From assembly GCA_963703345.1 (NCBI GenBank), contig OY969814.1:768001-832000 (forward strand): a DNA stretch of 64,000 bases, read 5' to 3'. This DNA is from an uncultured Chloroflexia bacterium (lineage in GTDB: Bacteria > Chloroflexota > Dehalococcoidia > DSTF01 > JALHUB01). Both the position numbers and the translations under genes were made by a program. The notes below the pieces were generated by a model. That model was given only the letters and a program-made list of their open reading frames with translations. It made no database searches and was not told the origin of the DNA. Numbering within the stretch: position 1 is the stretch's first letter; every line of letters starts with the position of its first letter. This document shows positions 1 to 12,368 of the stretch, piece after piece.

Positions 1-323
1 TCGTCACGCGCGAGCTGGCGCTGATGAAGGTGAACGCCACCGATCAGAACCGCGGCTCCATAATCGAAATCGTCGACATCTTCCACGGCGAGATCATCGA
101 CGCCTCGCCCGAAACGGTGGTCGTCGAAATCACCGGCACGGAGGACAAGGTCGACGCCGCCTTCGAGATGCTCAAGCCGTACGGCGTCCGCGAGCTGGCG
201 CGCACCGGACGCGTCGCCGTGACCCGCGGCCGCGCCGCAATCACCGTCGAAGAGGAGGGCGCTGGGTTGCGTCGCTACCGACCCGCCGGGCAGGGAAAGC
301 CGCGCGTCGGCAGCCTTATGTGA
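1..323 (+). CDS. ilvN: acetolactate synthase small (regulatory) subunit, 5'-partial
   Basis: C-terminal ACT region (VTRELALMKV...EITGTEDKVDA...ELARTGRVAVTRG); lies directly upstream of ilvC. Confidence 0.93.
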   Translation, partial: VTRELALMKVNATDQNRGSIIEIVDIFHGEIIDASPETVVVEITGTEDKVDAAFEMLKPYGVRELARTGRVAVTRGRAAITVEEEGAGLRRYRPAGQGKPRVGSLM

Positions 324-347
324 GGCAGGAGCCGGATTGCTCTTCGC

Positions 348-371
348 GGGAGGACTAAAGTCCTCCCCTAC
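348..371 (-). repeat. GTAG-type REP-like hairpin
   Basis: Minus strand reads GTAG-GGGAGGAC-TTTA-GTCCTCCC; intergenic. Confidence 0.7.
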
Positions 372-423
372 ATCGTTTGCACTGAACGTAGTTTGGACAG
401 ACAAGTGAAGAAAGGAACCTTCA

Positions 424-1422
424 ATGGCCACAATCTATTACGACAAGGATGCGGACCTCGGCCTTCTCCAGGGCAAGACTGTCGGCATCGTCGGATACGG
501 CAGCCAGGGCCACGCCCATGCCCAGAACCTGCGCGATAGCGGCTGTCAGGTGATCGTCGCCGAGCTGCCGGGCAGCGAGATGTGGAAGCAGGCGGAAGCA
601 GCGGGCATGACCGTCAAAAGCGCCGCCGAGGTCGCCGCCGCGGCCGACATCATCATGATGCTCGTCCCCGATCAGCACCAGGCCCGCGTCTTCCGGGAAG
701 CGATCGAGCCGAGCATGAAGGCAGGCAAGACGCTCATGTTCGCCCACGGCTTCAACATCCACTTCGGCCAGATCGTCGCGCCGCCGGGCGTCGACGTGTC
801 GATGATCGCGCCCAAGGGGCCCGGCCACCTGGTGCGCCGCCTCTACACCGAAGGCAGCGCCACGCCCGCCCTCGTCGCGGTCCATCAGGACGCGAGCGGC
901 AAGGCCAAGGAGGTCGCGCTCGCCTACGCCAAGGGGATCGGCTGCACACGGGCCGGCGTTCTGGAGACGACGTTCGAGGAGGAGACGGAGACGGACCTCT
1001 TCGGCGAGCAGTGCGTCCTCTGCGGCGGCGTGACGGAGCTGGTCAAGGCCGGCTTCGACACCCTGGTCGAGGCGGGCTACCAGCCGGAAATCGCTTACTT
1101 CGAGTGCATGCACGAGCTCAAGCTCATCGTCGACCTGATGTACGAAGGCGGCATGGGCTACATGCGCTACTCGATCAGCGACACGGCGGAGTACGGCGAC
1201 TACACGCGCGGGCCCCGCGTCATCGACGACTGCGTGCGCGAGACGATGGGGGACATACTGACGGAGATACAGGACGGCAGCTTTGCCCGCGAATGGCTGC
1301 TGGAGAACCAGGTGGGCCGGCCGCACTACCGGGCGCTGAAGCGTCAGAACGCCGAGCACCTGATCGAGGAGGTCGGCGGCGAGCTTCGCGGCATGATGAG
1401 CTGGCTGCAGAAAAAGAAATAG
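424..1422 (+). CDS. ilvC: ketol-acid reductoisomerase
   Basis: [37 protein letters not shown] and [14 protein letters not shown] motifs. Confidence 0.97.
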   Translation: MATIYYDKDADLGLLQGKTVGIVGYGSQGHAHAQNLRDSGCQVIVAELPGSEMWKQAEAAGMTVKSAAEVAAAADIIMMLVPDQHQARVFREAIEPSMKAGKTLMFAHGFNIHFGQIVAPPGVDVSMIAPKGPGHLVRRLYTEGSATPALVAVHQDASGKAKEVALAYAKGIGCTRAGVLETTFEEETETDLFGEQCVLCGGVTELVKAGFDTLVEAGYQPEIAYFECMHELKLIVDLMYEGGMGYMRYSISDTAEYGDYTRGPRVIDDCVRETMGDILTEIQDGSFAREWLLENQVGRPHYRALKRQNAEHLIEEVGGELRGMMSWLQKKK

Positions 1423-1423
1423 G

Positions 1424-1542
1424 CTTCTTCCCCCCGTTTGCAGGGGAGTCCGGAGGGGGCTTAGCCCTCTCTGGCTGGGGGTCTGGGGGCTGTGCCCCCA
1501 GCATTCCAGAAAGCTCCGCTGGGCGGGCGGGTGGGAAAGAAG
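1424..1542. repeat. ~120-bp palindromic MITE-like/extragenic element
   Basis: Imperfect terminal inverted repeats (cttcttccccccg / cgggtgggaaagaag) enclose two GC hairpins (ccggagggggcttagccctctctgg; ctgggggctgtgcccccag). Confidence 0.5.
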
Positions 1543-1631
1543 AACGTTGGTTCAAGCCAGAATCGAGAGCGGCTCTTGGGGCGAGACGTCGGGAGCATCG
1601 AGTCGGCGACGAGCGCGCCATGAGGAATGAG

Positions 1632-1673
1632 ATGATCAAGACACGGAGTCTGCAACTGCTCAACCTGCGATAG
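1632..1673 (+). CDS. putative leucine leader peptide MIKTRSLQLLNLR
   Basis: GAGGA RBS 5 nt upstream; 4 Leu codons in the last 7; 75 nt upstream of leuA; Leu-codon tract is complementary to the leuA RBS. Confidence 0.65.
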   Translation: MIKTRSLQLLNLR

Positions 1674-1746
1674 CCCTCCCCGTCGATGCGGAGGAGGGCC
1701 GGTCGAGTTCACCCACATCGCAGGAAACACATCAGGAGGTTGAGCA
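1657..1746 (+). promoter_or_regulatory. putative translational attenuator of leuA
   Basis: tgctcaacct (1657-1666) is the exact reverse complement of aggttgagca (1737-1746), which overlaps the GGAGG SD; internal hairpin at about 1673-1699. Confidence 0.6.
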
Positions 1747-1748
1747 AA

Positions 1749-3284
1749 ATGGCAGAAAAGGTAATCATCTTCGACACGACGCTGCGCGACGGCGAGCAGT
1801 CGCCGGGCGTGGCGCTCAACATTGCCGACAAGCTGGAGATAGCCCGCCAGCTCGAACGGCTACGCGTCAACGTCATAGAGGCCGGCTTTCCCATCGCCTC
1901 TGCCGGCGATTTCGAGTGCGTGAGCACCATCGCCGGCGCGATCAAGCGCTGCGTCGTCGCCGGCCTGGCGCACGCGACGCCTATGGCCGTCGACGCCGCC
2001 TGGGACGCCGTGAAGGGCGCCGCGCAGCCTCGCATCCACGTCTTCCTCTCCAGCTCCGACATCCACATGGCGCATCAGCTTCGCAAGAACCGCGACGAGG
2101 TGCTGGAGATGGCGCGCACGCAGGTGGCCCGCGCCAAGGGGTACGTCTCGGACGTGGAGTTCAGCCCCATGGACGCCAGCCGCTCCGACCCTGAGTACGT
2201 CTATCAGATGCTCCAACAAGTGATCGAAGCCGGCGCCACAACTGTCAACATACCCGACACCGTCGGCTACAGCACTCCGGAGGAGTTCGCTGCCTTGATC
2301 CGCAGCATCTTTGAGAGGGTGCCCAATATCGACAAAGCCGTCGTCTCCGTCCACTGTCACGACGACCTCGGCATGGCGGTCGCCAACTCTCTGGCGGCCG
2401 TGCGTGCCGGAGCGCGACAGATCGAGTGCTGCGTCAACGGCATCGGCGAAAGGGCCGGCAACGCCTCGCTGGAAGAGATCGTCATGGCCCTGAAGACGCG
2501 GCGCGACACCTACGGCGTTACGACGGGAATCAACAGCAAGGAGCTGTACCGCACGAGCCGCCTCGTCTCCGACCTGACCGGTATGGTAATTCAGCCGAAC
2601 AAGGCGATCGTCGGCGGCAACGCTTTCCGCCATCAATCGGGCATCCACCAGGACGGCATCCTGAAGATGCGCGAGACATACGAGATAATGGACGCGCGGG
2701 AGATAGGCTTGCCCTCCGGCGGCGCCGAGCTCGTTCTCGGCAAGCTTTCCGGCCGGCATGCCTTCCGCGAGCGTCTGCGCGCCCTCGGCTACGAAATCAG
2801 CGGCGAGGAGCTTTCCCGGGCCTTCGCCGATTTCAAGGAGCTCGCCGACAAGAAGGCCGAGATCGACGACCGCGACATAGAGGCGCTGATGGGCGACGAG
2901 CTGCGCACGGTGGAGGAGACGTATCATCTGGATTTGCTGCAGGTCTCCTGCGGCAACCACCTCGTCGCTACGGCGACGGTGCGAATCAAAGCGCCGGGCG
3001 GCCGCGAGATCGTGGGGACGTCCACCGGCACCGGCCCAGTCGATGCCGCCTTCAAAGCGATCGACGGCGTCGTCGGCGTGCCCAACAAGCTGCTCGAGTT
3101 CTCGGTGAAGAGCATCACCGCCGGCATTGACGCCCTGGGCGAGGTGCTGGTGCGCGTCCAGGCCGACGGCAACACCTACGTGGGCCGCGGCGCTGACACG
3201 GACATCGTAGTCGCGGCCGCGAAGGCGCTGATGAACGCCCTCAACCGCATGCCGCAGGTGCAGAGCCAGGCGATATCTACTTGA
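1749..3284 (+). CDS. leuA: 2-isopropylmalate synthase
   Basis: [28 protein letters not shown] and HQSGIHQDG motifs; start reassigned to ATG 1749 after GGAGG. Confidence 0.96.
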   Translation: MAEKVIIFDTTLRDGEQSPGVALNIADKLEIARQLERLRVNVIEAGFPIASAGDFECVSTIAGAIKRCVVAGLAHATPMAVDAAWDAVKGAAQPRIHVFLSSSDIHMAHQLRKNRDEVLEMARTQVARAKGYVSDVEFSPMDASRSDPEYVYQMLQQVIEAGATTVNIPDTVGYSTPEEFAALIRSIFERVPNIDKAVVSVHCHDDLGMAVANSLAAVRAGARQIECCVNGIGERAGNASLEEIVMALKTRRDTYGVTTGINSKELYRTSRLVSDLTGMVIQPNKAIVGGNAFRHQSGIHQDGILKMRETYEIMDAREIGLPSGGAELVLGKLSGRHAFRERLRALGYEISGEELSRAFADFKELADKKAEIDDRDIEALMGDELRTVEETYHLDLLQVSCGNHLVATATVRIKAPGGREIVGTSTGTGPVDAAFKAIDGVVGVPNKLLEFSVKSITAGIDALGEVLVRVQADGNTYVGRGADTDIVVAAAKALMNALNRMPQVQSQAIST

Positions 3285-3318
3285 CAGACCAGACCAAGTA
3301 AAGTATGATTGGCTTGGT
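3281..3318 (+). promoter_or_regulatory. sigma70 promoter/operator of the TA cassette, overlapping the leuA stop
   Basis: TTGACA (3281) - 17 nt - TATGAT (3304); ACCAAG...CTTGGT inverted repeat flanks the -10. Confidence 0.7.
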
Positions 3319-3334
3319 AAAGGAGAGTCCTGCG

Positions 3335-3676
3335 ATGCCCAAGCCAAGTCACCAAAGTAAAGTGGGAGAAGCCGTTCTGGAGTATCTGGCGGCGGTCGCC
3401 GAACGGCTGCCGGAAGCCAGGGTCACGCTATCGAGCAAGAACCAGATTACTCTGCCGGTGGCAGTAGTGCGCCGTCTTGACCTGCATCCAGGACGCAGGC
3501 TCACTGTGCGGCTGGAAGACGACCGCATCGTTCTGCGTCCGGAACCGGAGGATTGGGTTGAGTATTTTCGAGGCAGCATGAAGGGCGTCTACGGGAAGAC
3601 GTTCCAAGAGATGGACGATTACGTACGGCAGGAGCGAGCAAGTTGGCGACGCCGGACGGACAGCATCGATTCTTAG
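3335..3676 (+). CDS. AbrB/MazE/SpoVT-family antitoxin
   Basis: VTLSSKNQITLPVAVVRRLDLHPGRRL AbrB signature; AAGGAG RBS; overlaps the PIN gene. Confidence 0.85.
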   Translation: MPKPSHQSKVGEAVLEYLAAVAERLPEARVTLSSKNQITLPVAVVRRLDLHPGRRLTVRLEDDRIVLRPEPEDWVEYFRGSMKGVYGKTFQEMDDYVRQERASWRRRTDSIDS

Positions 3677-4188
3677 ATGAGTTGTCACGATGTCGATGCG
3701 TGAACCTCGATACCAGCGTCCTCATATACTATTTGGAGGACGAGCCTACCCGGTCTGAGTTAGTGGCAGGCCTTTTCCGCCTCGTTCTGGGAGGGTCGTT
3801 GCAGGCGCGGATCTCTGCAATTGTGCAGATGGAGTTGTTGGTCAAGGCGATCAGGACGAATGATTTAAGCCGCGCAGAGCGAGTGATAGAGTTGACGGAG
3901 CTAAAGCCTCAAATCGAAATCGTTGACGTGTCTCGGCCCGTCGTTATGGAAGCTGCCTTTGCCAGAGCGGAGGGCCTTGAAGTCGCCGATTCTATCGTGC
4001 TGGCCACGGGAGTAGTTGCCGAATGCGATGCAACGATCACAAACGACAAGCGCTGGCATCGGCCTTTGACGCGGCTCGCCAGACGGTCCCCTTTGGCGCA
4101 CGGCAGCAAGCATTTAGTCCTTCCACGCATGCTGTACCTAGACGAATTCGTGGACGGTAATAGTAGCGAGAAGAAGCAATGGGGATGA
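3643..4188 (+). CDS. PIN-domain (VapC-like) toxin
   Basis: LDTSVLIY...E...ADSIVLAT...ITND PIN acidic residues; start uncertain. Confidence 0.85.
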   Translation: MATPDGQHRFLDELSRCRCVNLDTSVLIYYLEDEPTRSELVAGLFRLVLGGSLQARISAIVQMELLVKAIRTNDLSRAERVIELTELKPQIEIVDVSRPVVMEAAFARAEGLEVADSIVLATGVVAECDATITNDKRWHRPLTRLARRSPLAHGSKHLVLPRMLYLDEFVDGNSSEKKQWG

Positions 4189-5441
4189 CGCTCAGTGAGA
4201 AGATAATCGCCGCCCACTGCGGCCGTGACTCGGTTTCGCCCGGCGAGCTAGTGAACGTTCGCGTCGACTTCGTGATGGCGAACGACGTCACCGCGCCGCT
4301 GGCGATCCAGGAGTTCCACAAGCTCGGCGTCGAACGCGTCTTCGACCCGCAGCGCGTGGCCTTCATACCGTCGCACTTCATACCGAACAAGGACATCCAG
4401 AGCGCGGAGAACGCAAAGGTCATGCGACGCTTCGCTCTCGACCAGGGTGCGGTCTACTACGAGCAAGGGCGCGCGGGCGTCGACCACGTGCTCCTGCCAG
4501 ATCACGGCTGGGTGCTCCCCGGCGACGTCGTCGTGGCCGCCGACTCGCATACCTGCACTTACGGCGCTCTCGGTTGCTTTGCGACGGGCATGGGAAGCAC
4601 CGATATCGCCTGCGCGATGGCGACGGGCGACATCTGGATGCGCGTTCCGCCGACGATCAAGTTCGTCTACAACGGCAAGCTTAGCCGCTGGGTCGGCGGC
4701 AAGGACGTGATTCTCTACACCATCGGCGACATCGGCGTCGACGGCGCGCTCTACTGCGCGATGGAGTTCCACGGCGAGGCGCTGGCGGAGATGGGCATGG
4801 AGGGCCGTTTCACCATCTCGAACATGGCGATTGAAGCGGGCGGCAAGGCCGGCCTGATGACGCCCGACGATGTGACCCTCGACTACGTCCGCAGCCGCGC
4901 CAAACGCGAGTGGAAGCTGTACCAGCCCGATGCCGACGCCGTCTACCAGGCCGTCCACGACTACGACGTGTCGACGCTGGAGCCGATGGTGTCGCTGCCG
5001 TCCTCGCCGGCGAACGCCGTGCCGCTGAGCAAGGCACCGCGGGTCGAGATCGACCAGGTGTTCATCGGCAGTTGCACCAACGGCCGCCTCGCCGACCTGC
5101 GGCTCGCTGCGTCGGTGATGCGCGGTCGCAAGGTGCACGAGAACGTGCGCTGCATCGTCGTTCCGGCGTCCACTGACGTCTATCTCGACGCGCTGCGGGA
5201 AGGGCTGCTCGAAGTCTTCGCGGAGGCCGGCTGCGCCGTCAGCACTACGACCTGCGGCCCCTGCTTGGGCGGCTACATGGGCGTCTTGGCCGAGGGTGAG
5301 CGCTGCGTCAGCACCAGCAATCGCAACTTCCCCGGCCGCATGGGCCACGTTCGCTCCGAGGTCTACCTGGCGAACCCGGCTGTTGCCGCCGCCAGCGCCG
5401 TCGCCGGCCGACTTGCCGGCCCGGAGGAGGTACTGAAATGA
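4179..5441 (+). CDS. leuC: 3-isopropylmalate dehydratase large subunit (short type)
   Basis: [23 protein letters not shown] and [12 protein letters not shown] motifs. Confidence 0.95.
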   Translation: MGMTLSEKIIAAHCGRDSVSPGELVNVRVDFVMANDVTAPLAIQEFHKLGVERVFDPQRVAFIPSHFIPNKDIQSAENAKVMRRFALDQGAVYYEQGRAGVDHVLLPDHGWVLPGDVVVAADSHTCTYGALGCFATGMGSTDIACAMATGDIWMRVPPTIKFVYNGKLSRWVGGKDVILYTIGDIGVDGALYCAMEFHGEALAEMGMEGRFTISNMAIEAGGKAGLMTPDDVTLDYVRSRAKREWKLYQPDADAVYQAVHDYDVSTLEPMVSLPSSPANAVPLSKAPRVEIDQVFIGSCTNGRLADLRLAASVMRGRKVHENVRCIVVPASTDVYLDALREGLLEVFAEAGCAVSTTTCGPCLGGYMGVLAEGERCVSTSNRNFPGRMGHVRSEVYLANPAVAAASAVAGRLAGPEEVLK

Positions 5442-5941
5442 CTCTACGTGGACGCGTCCACAAGTACGGCGCCAACGTCGATACCGACGCCATCATCCCG
5501 GCGCGCTACCTCAGCCTGACCGACCCGCTGGAGCTGGCGGAGCACTGCATGGAGGACATCGATCCCGACTTCGTGCGCCGCGTCCGGCCCGGCGACGTGA
5601 TCGTCGCCACGACGAACTTCGGCTGCGGCTCCTCGCGAGAACACGCGCCCCTCTGCATCAAGGCGGCGGGCGTGAGCTGCGTCATCGCCAAGAGTTTCGC
5701 GCGGATCTTTTATCGCAACGCCATCAACATCGGCCTGCCGATCCTCGAGTGCGACGAGGCGGTCGACGGCACGGACGCCGGCGACGAGCTGGAAGTCGAC
5801 CTCGAATCGGGCGCCATCCGCAACCTGACCAAGGGCGCGACGTTTCAGGCGAAGCCTTACCCGCCGTTCATGCTGGAGCTGATGCGCGCCGGCGGCCTTG
5901 TGCAGTACACAAAGGTGCGTCTCGCCGGCAAAGCGAGGTAA
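5438..5941 (+). CDS. leuD: 3-isopropylmalate dehydratase small subunit
   Basis: [25 protein letters not shown] and [12 protein letters not shown] motifs. Confidence 0.95.
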   Translation: MTLRGRVHKYGANVDTDAIIPARYLSLTDPLELAEHCMEDIDPDFVRRVRPGDVIVATTNFGCGSSREHAPLCIKAAGVSCVIAKSFARIFYRNAINIGLPILECDEAVDGTDAGDELEVDLESGAIRNLTKGATFQAKPYPPFMLELMRAGGLVQYTKVRLAGKAR

Positions 5942-5948
5942 CGGGCCG

Positions 5949-6116
5949 GTGGACGAAAGACAGCGAAATCGGCCCAGCTTGAGTGCCTTCTTCACAAACT
6001 GGCGGGAGTCCGACCTGCCGATCCATCTCAAGCTGGCGCTGACCTTCCGCAACAACTGGATCAAGCTGCGGACGCGCAAGGATTGCTGCGGTCACCTGGG
6101 CGAGCCCGGCTGCTGA
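5949..6116 (+). CDS. small Cys-rich protein ending CCGHLGEPGC (55 aa)
   Basis: GTG start 8 nt after the leuD stop with an upstream GAGGT; protein-like composition; operon position. Confidence 0.7.
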   Translation: MDERQRNRPSLSAFFTNWRESDLPIHLKLALTFRNNWIKLRTRKDCCGHLGEPGC

Positions 6117-6164
6117 CAGGTCGCGCCACCCTCCGGTTCGGAGGGACCACACGAATGAGGCAAG

Positions 6165-6563
6165 GTGATGCGATTCTGGAACGTCGTGCGGTTGATTCTC
6201 GCGACGGCGTTGCTCTTGCCCGCCGTCGGGTTGGCGATTATGGCCTTCGTAGTAATGTCGTACTCATGGCAGGGCGAGCGCGACTCGGGTCCGCTGGTGT
6301 ATGTCATAGTCGGCTTGATCTATTTGGCTGTTGCTCTCTTGCTTGCCGGGGGAGCATTTGTTGCGGTTCTCGGTCTGAGGCTCTGGCAGGCGCTGATGGT
6401 CCTAGCCGTCGTCGCCTCCGCGCTCACCTTTGTTCCGTATGAATCGCTAATCGGATTGGGCGTCGCGGCAAATGCGGCGGCGGCGTTGTTCGCCGTCGCC
6501 TTCTGGACGGCGCTCCTGTATTCTAGTCGACGAGAGCAGAGAATCAGCCCCCACTCCGAATGA
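6165..6563 (+). CDS. hypothetical 4-TM membrane protein
   Basis: Four hydrophobic segments; codon usage looks atypical; lies between leuD region and leuB. Confidence 0.7.
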   Translation: MMRFWNVVRLILATALLLPAVGLAIMAFVVMSYSWQGERDSGPLVYVIVGLIYLAVALLLAGGAFVAVLGLRLWQALMVLAVVASALTFVPYESLIGLGVAANAAAALFAVAFWTALLYSSRREQRISPHSE

Positions 6564-6577
6564 AGGGAGATGACTGA

Positions 6578-7633
6578 TTGTATCGAATAGCCGTGATACC
6601 GGGCGACGGAACAGGCCCTGAAGTCGTGCGCGAAGGGCTGAAGGTGCTGGAGGCGGCCGCCCGCGCGACCGGCTTCAAGTACGAGACGACGACCTTCGAC
6701 TTCGGCGGCGAGCGCTACATGCGCACCGGCGAGACGCTCCCCGACGGCGCTATCGACGAGCTGCGCCGCTTCGATGCCATCTTCCTGGGCGCCATCGGCC
6801 ATCCCGACGTCGCGCCCGGCATTCTGGAAAAGGGCGTTCTCCTCCGCCTCCGATTCGAGCTCGATCAGTATGTCAACCTGCGTCCCATCAAGCTCTACCC
6901 TAACGTCGATTGCCCGCTCAAGGACAAAGGACCGCAGGACATCGATTTCATCGTCGTTCGCGAGAACACGGAAGGACTGTACGGCGGCATGGGCGGCTTC
7001 CAGTACAAGGGCACGCCGCAGGAGGTGTCGACGCAGGTGCACCTGACGACGCGCTTCGGCGCAGAACGCGCGATCCGCTACGCCTTCGAGCTGACCCGAA
7101 AGCGCAACAAGATGAAGCAGCTCCACCTCGTCGGGAAGAGGAATGTTCTTACCTTCGTCCACGACACCTGGTGGCGCGTCTTCAACGAGGTCGGCGAGGC
7201 CGACTACCCGGACATCCGCCGCGAGTATGCCCACGTCGACGCCACCTGCATGTGGTTCGTCAAGAACCCAGAGTGGTTCGATGTGATCGTCGTCGAGAAC
7301 ATGTTCGGCGACATCATCACCGACCTCGGCGCGATGATCCAGGGCGGAATGGGCATCGCCGCCGGCGGCAACATCAACCCGCACGGCGTCTCCATGTTCG
7401 AGCCCATCGGCGGCAGCGCGCCGAAGTATACCGGCCAGGACGTCATCTGCCCTCTCGCTGCCATCGGGGCCGTCCAGATGCTCGTCGCTGAGCTAGGCGA
7501 AGAGCAGGCGGCGGACCGCATCGAGCAGGCGATAGTGAAGGCGCTGGCCAGCGGGAAGATCAAGTCGTTGAGCGCCGGCCGCATGGGGATGAGCACATCG
7601 GAGATGGGCGATTTCGTCGCCTCTCTGGTCTAG
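6578..7633 (+). CDS. leuB: 3-isopropylmalate dehydrogenase
   Basis: IAVIPGDGTGPEV, VRENTEGLY, NMFGDIITD and FEPIGGSAP motifs; leu operon context. Confidence 0.92.
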   Translation: MYRIAVIPGDGTGPEVVREGLKVLEAAARATGFKYETTTFDFGGERYMRTGETLPDGAIDELRRFDAIFLGAIGHPDVAPGILEKGVLLRLRFELDQYVNLRPIKLYPNVDCPLKDKGPQDIDFIVVRENTEGLYGGMGGFQYKGTPQEVSTQVHLTTRFGAERAIRYAFELTRKRNKMKQLHLVGKRNVLTFVHDTWWRVFNEVGEADYPDIRREYAHVDATCMWFVKNPEWFDVIVVENMFGDIITDLGAMIQGGMGIAAGGNINPHGVSMFEPIGGSAPKYTGQDVICPLAAIGAVQMLVAELGEEQAADRIEQAIVKALASGKIKSLSAGRMGMSTSEMGDFVASLV

Positions 7634-7708
7634 AGAGGCATCGCCGGGGCCGCTGCTTGCGACCCCGCTGCCGACTCCGTTAAGAACTCGACGTTCGGTC
7701 TGCGCCGA

Positions 7709-7903
7709 CTATTCCTGCTTCGACTCGTCGGAGAGCGGCTCCTCAGCCGGCATTTCTTCCGTGGCTTTCGGCGTGCGCTTCTCCAGTCGCGCGTCGAGTC
7801 GCTGCCGCTTCTCCTCCAGACGGTCGATGCGTCGGTCGATGCGGCCGCGCAGTCGCATGAGGCGCGTTCGCGCCAGGCCTCTTACTCTATCTCCTAATCC
7901 CAT
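7709..7903 (-). CDS. small basic coiled-coil hypothetical protein
   Basis: AAGGGGTGG RBS; follows the clp gene on the same strand. Confidence 0.55.
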   Translation of the reverse strand: MGLGDRVRGLARTRLMRLRGRIDRRIDRLEEKRQRLDARLEKRTPKATEEMPAEEPLSDESKQE

Positions 7904-7930
7904 CGTTCCACCCCTTTCTCATGGGCCAAC

Positions 7931-10378
<2,448 letters not shown>

Positions 10379-10444
10379 GATGTATTCCCTCTTATAGCCA
10401 TTATGCCTGAATGACAACCCTTATTCTCGGCGACCGGGCTTTCT

Positions 10445-11047
10445 CTACTTTTCTGGATCTAAGCGAACTGGCTGACCGGGCTCAATGCCCTTGGCCTGGA
10501 GAAATCGCTTGGCTCCAGAATCAAGACTCGCCACCAGTTCGCTAAACGCGGCCGGGTCTTCTGGGCCCAGTCGTTTCAGCCCGAGTAGCCTCCACCCAAG
10601 GCCGGACTTCGCTTGAGACTCGGCCGTTCGGATCAATTCGCGGATCTTCTCAGATTTGAAGATAAAGGACCAGAAGGATCTCACAATCGCGTCCCCTTGT
10701 TCCTTTGGCACCCCAGTCGGCGCAGCGAGAGCGGCGTAGCATTCTCGTATAGAGTCGAAATCCCCGTAATGCAGATGGACTAACTTCAGCACGTTGGTCG
10801 GCAGCCAGTTCGCAAGGTCTGGATGGAAGGTGCGCCAGGCGTCACAAGTCAAGTCACGTCGCAGTTGCCTTCCATCCACTATCGCCGTCTCCAATGTCGC
10901 CTCGAGCATTACCATCTCCAGCAGCAAGGTGTTGATTTCAGCTCTTCGCCGCAGAGCCTCTCGGCGGAGTTCCAGCCATGCGGCTCCCGAGAATCCGAGA
11001 ACAGCTCCGAGCAACCCGCCGCCGAGACCAATTAGGATCTCAACCAC
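10445..11047 (-). CDS. hypothetical protein with N-terminal TM helix (inserted gene)
   Basis: 200-aa ORF overlapping the hspR stop; appears lower in GC than flanking genes. Confidence 0.7.
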   Translation of the reverse strand: MVEILIGLGGGLLGAVLGFSGAAWLELRREALRRRAEINTLLLEMVMLEATLETAIVDGRQLRRDLTCDAWRTFHPDLANWLPTNVLKLVHLHYGDFDSIRECYAALAAPTGVPKEQGDAIVRSFWSFIFKSEKIRELIRTAESQAKSGLGWRLLGLKRLGPEDPAAFSELVASLDSGAKRFLQAKGIEPGQPVRLDPEK

Positions 11048-11420
11048 GATTATCCTCCCGCTCCTTCGGTTGTAGCGGCGCGAGGAGGCGGCGGTCGCGC
11101 AGGCCTTGCAGCTCGCGTCGCAGCTCTTCGAGCTCTTCGTTCATCTCCTGAATGCGCTGGTTCATGCGCAGTATCACCTCCGCGCCGGCCAGGTTGACAC
11201 CCAGCTCGTCGATGAGCCGGTGTACCTGGCGCAGCCGGTTGATGTCGGCCGTGGAGTACAGGCGAATCCGCCCCTGCGAGCGCGACGGTTTCAGGACGCC
11301 CATGCGCTCGTAGTAGCGCAGCGTCTGGGCGTGCATCCCGACCATCCGGGCGGCGACGCTTATCACATAGCAGGGCTCTTCGTCGTTCGTGTCTTCAAAA
11401 TCGTCTGCCACTTCAGTCAC
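11040..11420 (-). CDS. hspR: MerR-family heat-shock repressor HspR
   Basis: YVISVAARMVGMHAQTLRYYERMG...RLYS...LGVNLAG; downstream of dnaJ. Confidence 0.88.
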   Translation of the reverse strand: MTEVADDFEDTNDEEPCYVISVAARMVGMHAQTLRYYERMGVLKPSRSQGRIRLYSTADINRLRQVHRLIDELGVNLAGAEVILRMNQRIQEMNEELEELRRELQGLRDRRLLAPLQPKEREDNRG

Positions 11421-12364
11421 CCTTCTTGCAGAATGGCCGTCGTGCGGCGCAGCTTGCCCTCGCGCAGGAAAGCGAGTCGCAGGTGCGCGGCGGACGACTG
11501 GTTTGCCGCGTTCGCCAGCGCTTCGCCGGAGGTCACCGGTCGCCCCTCGACTTCGACTATGACGTCGGAGACGCGCAGGCTAGCGCGGGCCGCCGGGCTG
11601 TTCGGCACTACCTCCAGCACGAGCACCCCGTGCTGCTGCGTCAGGCCAGTCCGTCGCAGGACGTCCGCGTCGATCGCGGTCGGAATGCCGCCGACGCCCA
11701 GTTGACGCTGCTGATGCCGGCGGATCTCCTCCAACCGCGTCAGCACGTCGAGCGCCTTGCTGATGGGAACAGCGAAGCCGACGCCGCGGGCAAAGGGCAG
11801 GACGGCGGTGGCGATGCCGACGACGCGTCCGCCGGCATCGACAAGCGGTCCGCCGGAGTTGCCCGGGTTGACCGGCGTGTCCATCTGAATCAAATCGGTG
11901 AGACTGAGGCCAGGGCCGGCTTCCAGCGTGCGTCCGAGCGCGCTCACGACGCCGGCGGTAACCGTCCAGCTCAGGCCGAACGGGTTGCCGATAGCGATGA
12001 CAAGCTGTCCGACGCGCAGGGGTCCGGCGTTCAACTCCGCGACGGGCAGGCCAAGGGCGCCGATGCGCAGGACGGCGAGGTCGTTCGATGGATCCGCGTA
12101 CTCCACGCCCGCCTGGAAACTACGGCCGTCCGGCAGGGTCACGCGCGCCAGGCTGGTGTTTCGGACGACGTGCTCGTTCGTCAGGACGCGGCCGTCGGAG
12201 GCGAAGATGACGCCGGAGCCGAGGCCTTCGCCGCGCTGGTTGCGCCCGCGCCTCGGGCCGACGACCGCTATCTTCACGACGGCGGGCCCGACGGTCTCTG
12301 CGGCTCCGCTCACCGCCTCGGAATAGGCGTCAAGCGCTCGTCTTTCACTCGCATTCGCTGCCAT
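11417..12364 (-). CDS. trypsin-like (HtrA/DegP family) serine protease with PDZ, no signal peptide
   Basis: LTNEHVV, DLAVLRI, GNSGGPL catalytic triad; C-terminal PDZ. Confidence 0.9.
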   Translation of the reverse strand: MAANASERRALDAYSEAVSGAAETVGPAVVKIAVVGPRRGRNQRGEGLGSGVIFASDGRVLTNEHVVRNTSLARVTLPDGRSFQAGVEYADPSNDLAVLRIGALGLPVAELNAGPLRVGQLVIAIGNPFGLSWTVTAGVVSALGRTLEAGPGLSLTDLIQMDTPVNPGNSGGPLVDAGGRVVGIATAVLPFARGVGFAVPISKALDVLTRLEEIRRHQQRQLGVGGIPTAIDADVLRRTGLTQQHGVLVLEVVPNSPAARASLRVSDVIVEVEGRPVTSGEALANAANQSSAAHLRLAFLREGKLRRTTAILQEG

Positions 12365-12368
12365 ATCG

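Noticed and set aside
6147-6566. ccacacgaatgagg / ccactccgaatgaagg as a target-site duplication around the 4-TM gene
   Set aside because: The match is short and gapped and may be chance.
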